59,528 nucleotides of DNA from a virus (lineage: Duplodnaviria > Caudoviricetes): positions 1-59,528 of the IMG/VR virus record IMGVR_UViG_3300022822_000020. One strand, written 5' to 3'. Both the position numbers and the translations under genes were made by a program. Positions 53,101 to 59,528 of this stretch are shown piece after piece. The number at the start of each line of letters is the position of its first letter. Position 1 is the first letter of the stretch. The notes beneath the pieces were generated by a model. It had not been told where the DNA came from, did no database searches, and worked only from the letters and a program-made list of their open reading frames with translations.

Positions 53101-55524
53101 CCTAATGAATTTAATTTTAAAGAATTTATTGTAGAATACAAAGCAGAAAGTGATACTAAGTATAACTTTATAGGTAAAACAAACAACTCTTTTATGGTTA
53201 TACCCCAGTTAGAAGGTGGTAACTACACATTTTATGTAACTACGGTTTCTCAAGGAAATGAACTTTCTGAAAAACTTGAATCATTACCATTTGAACTTGT
53301 TGTTGATTCTCCAACAGGTATTTCTTTTTTACCAAATCAAAACACGGAAAATAGCATTAGTCTTGGCACTTTGACTTGGGCTGTTCCTGTTAATGCAAAA
53401 CCAAAATTTTATACAATTGAGTATAAAACTGCAGTTGAAGAGCTGTTAGACCAACCGGGTGATGAAAGCTTTTTCAAACCCTTAGGCGTTACCACTAATA
53501 ATCAGGTTGATGTTACCAATCTAAAGCAAGGGAATTACGTATTCTCAATTATTTCAGAAAGCAAATTAGGTATTAAGTCTGACAGAATAATTTCTGGAGT
53601 AATTTCTATTGTACAACAACCTCCTACAGGAGTAACTTTTACATCAAATAATACCCTTTTGAAAAGCGGAGGTAATGGTGCCCTCTCTTGGACACCTGGC
53701 CTTGGCTTAGTAGCAAAAGAATATTTAATTGAGTATCGTATTGAAAGTGCAGAAGAATACGAGATATTAGGTACTACTTCTAGTAATACTTTTGTTATAA
53801 ATAATATTGATTCTGATATTGAATATGAATTTTCGGTAACAGCAGTAGGTTACAATGAAGAAAAATCAATTCGTAGTTTATCAGAGATTTACAATTTTAG
53901 AGTTCCAACGGTAATTGATGTATTGTTTACAGAGAATATAACATATTCCACTTTAGGGTTAGGTGTGCTGTCTTGGAAACCTCCACAAGATTATCAGCCA
54001 TTGCAATATATTATTGATTACAGCATCAATGGAGCAAATCAATGGCAGAGATTGGGTGTTACTGTTTCAACTTCTTTTATTGTTAAAGATCTCTCAATTG
54101 GTTCTTACGATTTTGCAGTATCTGTGCGATCAATTAGCCTAGACGTATCTTTACCAAACTTAGAAGAAAATATCTTTTTAGATGATGGTTCACGGTATGC
54201 ACCCGGTATTAGCTTATCTGAAACATTAACTGAATCGCAAGATAATATTACAACTAATTTATTAGTAAGTTTAACAACTATACCTAGCATTTTAGCGAAT
54301 TCTTACGAAGTACAATATCAAAGAAACGGAGAAATTTCTTGGACAGGACTGGGCCGTTTAAACAAAACACAGGATGAGGAAAAAATTTTAGTTAACATTT
54401 TAAATGTTACTGATTTAACTTTATACTATGTAAGAGCAAGAACCATTAGTGTAAATGAAAATACGAGTAGTTGGAATACGGTATCAAAAAATGTAGTGGG
54501 TAAAACAGCACCACCTTTAGCACCAACGGTGTTGAATTCTGATATCATAGGTAGTAGTCTAATGTTAAGTTGGGAACCCTCAACAGACGTAGATCTTTCA
54601 CATTATATTATTACATACGATGAGAATATTCCCGGTGGAAGTTATGCGACTTCTATAACACTTATTGATAAGATTGCAAGACCAGCTACAAGCTGCTTTG
54701 TTCCCGCTAAATCAGGTAAATATTTTATTAAATCAATAGATAAGTCTGGGCATATAAGCCTAGAGGCTACTGAAACAGTAGTTACTACTAATTTAAATTA
54801 TATTGAAAATCTTAATGTTATTTCACAAATAGATGAAGACCCTAGCTTTTCAGGCACAAGAGACGCAACTGTATTAAAAGATATTGACAATTATTTATAT
54901 TTAGATGCAACTAATTCTTATACTGAGGGTTATTACTACTTTAGTAATACAGTAGACTTAGGTGCAATATATACTTCAAAAGTATCTTCTATACTGCAAT
55001 TTTTAAGATTAGATTCTTCTGGGGCTTTTGATTCTTTTAGTGGCTTTTTTGATTTAAGAACAGGAAACTTTGATGGACCTGATTACCCTGATGATATTGA
55101 TGTCTCCTTTGAAATTAGATATCGTAATATAAACACAGAAGCTTGGTCTAATTGGAAAAGAATTACAACAACAAGTGTAACTACTAGGTATATGGAATTC
55201 AGAATTAAATTAATAAGCGAAAATAACAGCGTATCACCTCAAATCAGAAAGCTAGGCGTTGCAATAGATATGCCTGATCGGGTTGTTAGCGGCTCTAATA
55301 TAACTTCTGGAACAAACCTTTATTCAGTAATTTATTCAGGTGGTGCTTTTAAAGAACCCCCTTCAATTGGTATTGCTACTCAGAATATGGTTTCTGGCGA
55401 TTATTACACAATAACTTTAAATACAACATCTGGTTTTAGTATAGTTTTTAAAAATTCTGCTAACACTATAATTAATAGAACTTTTGACTATGTAGCAAAA
55501 GGATATGGAAAGGTCGAACAATGA
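50134..55524 (+). CDS. Central tail tip / host-specificity protein (lambda J-like) with tandem FN3 repeats
   Basis: PIPIVYG, NN.VL.LLDYL...FG.G, EPGDIV; about 11 FN3-like LxW...Y.IEY...Y.F.V units; TAATG start at 50134. Confidence 0.85.
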   Translation: MSVETIIILQILFTAASIVYQQEQAKKMREAAKDRAATRNVRVSGSNNPIPIVYGYCRISNPINVFTNTSSTFKLPTVSNETALGDLTAFNGDRNETLITQHVLSSAELSKVVWADIDDVTFDDTKYKAYYKSYVNKSGNSTLSSSTLGRLSTATFNNLAYSTEFFKMNRDEPQYQGKPNVAYYVQGKKIRTITNGVLSTSRVFSNNTVLVLLDYLLDAEFGPGMSLSDIDLNSFETAILVANQVVRANAEVGGKIYEKQEITTRNILRHEFNGTIYPDKDHAANIAEILNPVVGCILFRSSTGKLKLSVPNPEVSTISQVVGTINDTYLIDDINYSQSDTNARANQVKVAYANSKKDFAADSYEETNTVYKSQDNNVPLIADINYNGVTNVYQAEGIAKVTMNESRVSTYSFKTSHECLIYEPGDIVLLSSDFNDLSRYIRITNIKMNRDFTLDFEGLDYDSSIYSYTSSAVELPYYKSDFNFQLDPPKNITVTPNETGNSAFGIARLDWEPPESGFPSRYIIEYTTALNPTKYVVFGESLDTSFNINGLRSGSYIFHVRSRSLIGKVSARSSTPLLNFSPKPPLNLTFTPNFEGVYEKGSGVLSWITSTDTFFRRFLVEYSDGTTARKRLGYTTDTEFVIDLGVGTYNFYVSSESFSGEISESSNLESKVILIGAPRNLTFELNNFVNQTQSMIVGTLQWESPTSYIPNRYIIEYRLPSSNEYKRLGNATGLTFEVSGLTVGTYVFSVRSESVRGLLSERIENIATDLSVPNVDNLSYVRNTTNSSAKGLGVLSWDPPANYRAKQYLVEYTDSDNNTLEYAITKSNSVILKGIDKGTYNFIVKTESFTGDFSLDNNSLNIIFSTPIVTDLAFLYDLNDTDLTSVGTLRWFAPKDTGIDRYLISDRLSNSENEFIILGESKVTFFKLGTLKSSLYDFSVIAVDVNGLESSPVLVTNINLFVPSPTNIFVVENTSRRTDLGSGTLSWSVPNEFNFKEFIVEYKAESDTKYNFIGKTNNSFMVIPQLEGGNYTFYVTTVSQGNELSEKLESLPFELVVDSPTGISFLPNQNTENSISLGTLTWAVPVNAKPKFYTIEYKTAVEELLDQPGDESFFKPLGVTTNNQVDVTNLKQGNYVFSIISESKLGIKSDRIISGVISIVQQPPTGVTFTSNNTLLKSGGNGALSWTPGLGLVAKEYLIEYRIESAEEYEILGTTSSNTFVINNIDSDIEYEFSVTAVGYNEEKSIRSLSEIYNFRVPTVIDVLFTENITYSTLGLGVLSWKPPQDYQPLQYIIDYSINGANQWQRLGVTVSTSFIVKDLSIGSYDFAVSVRSISLDVSLPNLEENIFLDDGSRYAPGISLSETLTESQDNITTNLLVSLTTIPSILANSYEVQYQRNGEISWTGLGRLNKTQDEEKILVNILNVTDLTLYYVRARTISVNENTSSWNTVSKNVVGKTAPPLAPTVLNSDIIGSSLMLSWEPSTDVDLSHYIITYDENIPGGSYATSITLIDKIARPATSCFVPAKSGKYFIKSIDKSGHISLEATETVVTTNLNYIENLNVISQIDEDPSFSGTRDATVLKDIDNYLYLDATNSYTEGYYYFSNTVDLGAIYTSKVSSILQFLRLDSSGAFDSFSGFFDLRTGNFDGPDYPDDIDVSFEIRYRNINTEAWSNWKRITTTSVTTRYMEFRIKLISENNSVSPQIRKLGVAIDMPDRVVSGSNITSGTNLYSVIYSGGAFKEPPSIGIATQNMVSGDYYTITLNTTSGFSIVFKNSANTIINRTFDYVAKGYGKVEQ

Positions 55525-57218
55525 GTATTCATGACATGAACATTGCTAACCAAACGTTCCCGGCATTTAGGGCAGACCTAAATAATGCTCTGGGAGCGCT
55601 TGTTAGTACTTCTTCAAATCTTACTGCTCCTACCACTACGTATGCTCATCAATTTTGGGCAAATACAAGTGCTACGAGTACTGTTTTAAAAATAAGAAAT
55701 AAGGCAAATAATCAGTGGATTAATATTGGTGATATTAATGAAGCAACTAATATTTTTATTAGTGGTTCTGCAAGTAGCTCTAGCTCTGCAGGTTATGCTT
55801 CTACAGTTACGGTTGCAGCAAGAAACACTACAAATGCAGATCATTTTGTAATGTTTGCAACAGCACAAACAGGTAATTTACCTACCTATACGGATAGTGG
55901 ATTAAAGTATAACCCATCTACAAATACATTAACTGCAAATTTAGTAGGTTTAGCCTCTAGCGCTACTACAGCTGCTGCTTGTACGGGCAATTCCTTAACA
56001 GCAACATCTGCTACTTCAGCTACAAAATTAAGTACAAACAGAACTAATTGGGTTACTGATAATAAGGTAAACGTAGTTGGTCAACTGGGTTGGTGGGCTA
56101 ACGGGAATAATTCAACAATTTTTGATGTTTCTAATGGAACTGCCCCTAGCGGAACTTCAACAATTTTAAACAAAACAAAGGCTGATGTTGCATGGGTGGA
56201 AGGTTCACCTACCCTAGTTGGTTGGAATGGTACTTCTACACATGGTGTCAGGGTTGACTCTGCCCGAGTTGCAGATAGTTCAGCAGCCTCTACTACTTCT
56301 ACAACAGCTACTACTTCTAATAATGTTAAAGTTGCAAAAGATCTTACAAATAATTTGCCTACTTCTGCTACAAGGCATTTAACCTTTGTTGGTACAGAAG
56401 CAGCTACCCAAACAAGTGTTTTAACTAATGCAGATTTAACTTATAACCCTTCTACTAAAACACTAACAGTTGCTAATTTAGCTGGTAACGCCTTAACTGC
56501 TACCTCTGCGACTTCTGCAACAACAGCTGGTTTTGCGACTTCTGCAGCTTCTGCAACAAATTCAACGAATTCAACGAAAGTGCTAGTTGCTTTAGATACC
56601 GACAGTAGTAGTTCTACTGTAAGATATATTAGTTTTGTTGGTGGTACTTCTGGTAATCAGGGTGTTTATGCTGATAGCGGTTTAACTTATAATGCACAAA
56701 GTGACAAGCTAACCGCATCAACATTCAAGGGTAGCTTAGAAGGTAACGCCTTAACTGCTACCTCTGCGACTTCTGCAACTTCTGCGACAACAGCTACAAA
56801 TGCAACTAATGCTTCTAAATTAAGTATCACTGCGGATAATACAGGAACAACCAGCAAACCTCTCCTATTTGCAGGGGCTACAACAGGTAATCAACTTGTT
56901 TATTCAGATACAGGATTAGCATATAAACCAGATACGAATACACTTTCTTGTGCTGTATTTGCAGGCAATTTAACAGGGAACTTGATCGCGGCAACACCAA
57001 CAGCATCAACAGCTGCTGCGAATACAAACACTACACAAATAGCAACTACTGCTTTTGTTGCTAATGCTGTTTCTAAAATTAATACTTTATCTTCCTTTAC
57101 CATAGAAGAAAGTGGAGGTAACTTATTAATTAAGCATAATAATACTACAGTGGCGAAGATTACATCTTCCGGTCAATTTATTACTGCTAGCACTATAACT
57201 GCGAACGGTACTCCTTAG
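55521..57218 (+). CDS. Tail fibre protein with internal repeats
   Basis: FRADLNNAL N-terminus, four TxxxxF..GN...D.GL.Y.P modules, NTTQIATTAFV motif. Confidence 0.8.
   Translation: MSIHDMNIANQTFPAFRADLNNALGALVSTSSNLTAPTTTYAHQFWANTSATSTVLKIRNKANNQWINIGDINEATNIFISGSASSSSSAGYASTVTVAARNTTNADHFVMFATAQTGNLPTYTDSGLKYNPSTNTLTANLVGLASSATTAAACTGNSLTATSATSATKLSTNRTNWVTDNKVNVVGQLGWWANGNNSTIFDVSNGTAPSGTSTILNKTKADVAWVEGSPTLVGWNGTSTHGVRVDSARVADSSAASTTSTTATTSNNVKVAKDLTNNLPTSATRHLTFVGTEAATQTSVLTNADLTYNPSTKTLTVANLAGNALTATSATSATTAGFATSAASATNSTNSTKVLVALDTDSSSSTVRYISFVGGTSGNQGVYADSGLTYNAQSDKLTASTFKGSLEGNALTATSATSATSATTATNATNASKLSITADNTGTTSKPLLFAGATTGNQLVYSDTGLAYKPDTNTLSCAVFAGNLTGNLIAATPTASTAAANTNTTQIATTAFVANAVSKINTLSSFTIEESGGNLLIKHNNTTVAKITSSGQFITASTITANGTP
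56484..56779 (+). repeat. Identical 38-nt direct repeat (56484-56521, 56742-56779)
   Basis: GGTAACGCCTTAACTGCTACCTCTGCGACTTCTGCAAC twice. Confidence 0.9.
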
Positions 57219-57237
57219 TAATTAAAGTAAGAGCTTG

Positions 57238-57277
57238 ATAGGGTATTAAAGACTTTAAAGTTTTTGCCCTATATTTT
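57238..57277 (+). terminator. Terminator-like hairpin after the tail fibre gene
   Basis: ATAGGGTA..AAAGACTT/AAGTTTTT..GCCCTAT, then ATTTT. Confidence 0.5.
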
Positions 57278-57457
57278 ACTATTAATAGTAATGTTTTTCA
57301 CTACCTAGAGTAGTTTTAATTTAACGTAACTAAACAAATGATAGACGTACCTGTACTCAAGCTCTACTCTGCAATTAATGAAGATCTGCGTAAAGATACT
57401 TACGAAATTTTAAAGGCAGTTAGTTTTGACGTAACTGTTGAAAACATTTAACTTTTT

Positions 57458-57476
57458 ACCAGGGGACTTTAAAGAA
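57458..57476 (+). promoter_or_regulatory. Phage RNAP promoter-like motif, copy 5
   Basis: ACCAGGGGACTTTAAAGAA, intergenic before 57574. Confidence 0.8.
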
Positions 57477-57573
57477 GAGAGTACCCCTCCTAAGTATTTA
57501 TATTAGTATAACCAACCACCCTTTAGGGTATCTCTATAACCTATCTCCATCTGAGGATCGAGGAAAGGAAAAT

Positions 57574-58014
57574 ATGTCAAGATCAAAAATAACATCTTCA
57601 TCTAAGGATTTAGTAACAGACGATGGCTCTGTTTTATTTTCTGTAGTTCAAGGTGAACAACTACACTTTAGTTTTACGCTAGGGTGGTTAACTAATATCA
57701 GTGATTACACAATAGTTGCTAAGGTAATTGAAGGCAACAATATTGGTGATGGTGCTAAACCATTAACCGTATCTGATAATCCTGCAATTATAACTTTACC
57801 CATTCTAGAAAAAGATGACACAGATAATCAATTTAAATTAGTTATCCCTTCCTCTTTAACTAACGAATGGGCCACTCAACCAACACCCGATAAACCTGTA
57901 TATGGCTTTATGGATGTTGAGGTACAAGATACCGGATTAGGGAATCTACAACAAATATGGAAACCTATTCGCGGCTTAATCGAAATTCGTTTCTCTCCAA
58001 CTGAACAGGTGTAA
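57574..58014 (+). CDS. Tail/baseplate-associated protein (BppU-N-like, tentative)
   Basis: SD AAGGA; beta-rich; precedes a fibre gene. Confidence 0.6.
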   Translation: MSRSKITSSSKDLVTDDGSVLFSVVQGEQLHFSFTLGWLTNISDYTIVAKVIEGNNIGDGAKPLTVSDNPAIITLPILEKDDTDNQFKLVIPSSLTNEWATQPTPDKPVYGFMDVEVQDTGLGNLQQIWKPIRGLIEIRFSPTEQV

Positions 58015-58016
58015 GT

Positions 58017-59528
58017 ATGACTAACTATAATATTACTGTAGGTCCTAATGAGATAACAGCAAACTTAGAAACAATACAATATCAAGTATCTTTATCCCGT
58101 ACTGGTGGTCAAGGTACTCAAGGTATTCAAGGTATTCAAGGCTATAGTGCGTATGAATTAGCCGTACAAGCTGGTTTTGTAGGTACTGAACAAGAATGGT
58201 TAGATGCTTTAGCATTAACAGCCGAATCAATGGCAGCTAGTGCCTCTGCTGCTCTACTGAGCGAAACTAACGCTGTTATTTCAGAAACAAACGCATCCAC
58301 ATCTGCAAGCAGTGCGTCTAGCTCTGCATCTACTGCCACAATTAAAGCTTCTGAAGCAAGTGTTTCAGCTACTAATGCCGCTAATTCAGAATCTGTATCC
58401 ATTACAAAAGCTTCAGAAGCAAGTGTCTCTGCTGCTAATGCCTTAATTTCAAAGAATAGTGCTGCTAGTAGCGAAACAAATGCTGCTACATCTGCAAGTA
58501 ATGCTGCTACATCAGCTTCTGCTGCTTCTGTCAGTGAAATTAATGCTGCTGCTTCTGAAACAGCCGCTACCTTGTCTGAGGATAATGCTGCTGCATCTGA
58601 GTTAGCTTCTGCAACCTCTGCTACTAACTCTGCTACTTCCGCAAGTAATTCTTTAGCTTCTGCTAATAATGCTTCTAGTAGTGCTATTGCCTCTGCTGAT
58701 TCCGAAACAGCTGCTGCTTTGAGTGCAACAAGCGCGTCTTATAGTGAATCTGCTGCAAGTATATCTGAAGTTAATGCTTCTAATTCAGAGTCTAACGCTG
58801 CTATAAGCGAAACTAATGCTTCTGATAGTGAAGACAATGCAGCTACTTCTGCCGCTGAAGCTTCTACAAGCGCATCTAATGCGATTGTTAGCCAATCAGC
58901 TTCAGCTACTTCTGCTACAAACGCATTTAACAGTGCAACTGCTTCAGAGACTTCTGCTTCTAACGCTTCTGTTTCTGCTAATGCCGCACTAGCTAGCCAG
59001 CAAAATGCTGCGGGTAATGAAGTAAATGCTCAGACATACGCTCAAAGTGCCTTAGCTTCTCTAGCTGCTGTTAACCTAGTATTTGATAACTTTGATGACC
59101 GATACCTCGGTTCAAAAGGATCAGATCCAACCTCAGATAATGACGGTGACCTTTTAATTGCAGGCACAGTATACTGGAATACAACGGCAGGTGAAGTACG
59201 TTTCTATAACGGTTCTGTATGGGAAGCACCCTCTACAAGCGCAACTAATTCAGCCACTTCAGCTTTAGCAAGTAAGAACGCTGCGGCTACGTCTGCAAGT
59301 AATGCTGCTACTAGTGCAACAGACTCTGCTTCTTCCGCCTCTACTTCTGCTTCTAACGCTTCTGGTGCATCTACTTCAGCAACCAATGCTGGAACAAGTG
59401 AGACCAATGCTGCTACCAGCGCTTCTGCATCTGCTAATAGTGCTTCTAACGCTGCATCTAGCGCTGCATCTGCTGCCAGCGCCTTAGATTCTTTTGATGA
59501 TCGTTACTTAGGTGCTAAGTCTTCTGCA
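58017..59528 (+). CDS. Ala/Ser-rich tail fibre protein (partial, runs off the window)
   Basis: ATG 58017; GQGTQGIQGIQGYSAYELAV..GFVGTEQEWL; long SA-rich repeats; two FDDRYLG motifs; absent from the track because it has no stop. Confidence 0.85.
   Translation, partial: MTNYNITVGPNEITANLETIQYQVSLSRTGGQGTQGIQGIQGYSAYELAVQAGFVGTEQEWLDALALTAESMAASASAALLSETNAVISETNASTSASSASSSASTATIKASEASVSATNAANSESVSITKASEASVSAANALISKNSAASSETNAATSASNAATSASAASVSEINAAASETAATLSEDNAAASELASATSATNSATSASNSLASANNASSSAIASADSETAAALSATSASYSESAASISEVNASNSESNAAISETNASDSEDNAATSAAEASTSASNAIVSQSASATSATNAFNSATASETSASNASVSANAALASQQNAAGNEVNAQTYAQSALASLAAVNLVFDNFDDRYLGSKGSDPTSDNDGDLLIAGTVYWNTTAGEVRFYNGSVWEAPSTSATNSATSALASKNAAATSASNAATSATDSASSASTSASNASGASTSATNAGTSETNAATSASASANSASNAASSAASAASALDSFDDRYLGAKSSA

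Noticed and set aside
57338-57451. 37-aa ORF MIDVPVLKLY...
   Set aside because: No SD, lies after a terminator-like hairpin and upstream of promoter copy 5; insufficient support.
526-59407. All minus-strand ORFs in the track, and short + strand ORFs nested in long genes
   Set aside because: They are shadows of well-supported + strand genes, lack SD sequences or recognisable motifs, and the genome is otherwise co-oriented.
58200-59528. Low-complexity GCT/TCT repeats as a DNA repeat element
   Set aside because: They are the coding sequence of an Ala/Ser-rich fibre protein.

Overview
AT-rich, apparently lytic tailed dsDNA phage (siphovirus-type tail; no integrase, tRNA or CRISPR array seen), with essentially all real genes on the + strand. 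The window starts in the last small tail-associated genes and a terminator (405-434). It continues through early small genes, a T7-like single-subunit RNA polymerase (2031-4199), a T7-like replication/nucleotide module (SSB, family A DNA polymerase, dCMP deaminase, 5'-3' exonuclease, primase-helicase, class Ia RNR with fused glutaredoxin, ClpP-like protease) and a mosaic accessory region (18-26.5 kb). Packaging/head genes and a lambda-like tail module follow, ending in an incomplete tail fibre. Main discovery: the MuF/SPP1-gp7 head morphogenesis gene (34008-38447) is fused to a SECOND single-subunit RNA polymerase with both catalytic aspartates, suggesting a capsid-packaged RNAP delivered through a MuF tag. 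Together with five intergenic copies of a 19-bp phage promoter-like motif (ACCAGGGGACGTTAAAGAA), this points to a two-RNAP transcription cascade. Other candidates include tandem 45-nt pseudoknot/terminator switch repeats upstream of the first RNAP gene, a four-hairpin ncRNA, a DNA polymerase with altered steric-gate residues, a GH19-like domain between direct repeats in the tape measure protein, a u-spanin-like gene inside the head module and SD-encoding gene-end cassettes. All family assignments come from motif recognition by eye; no searches were run.
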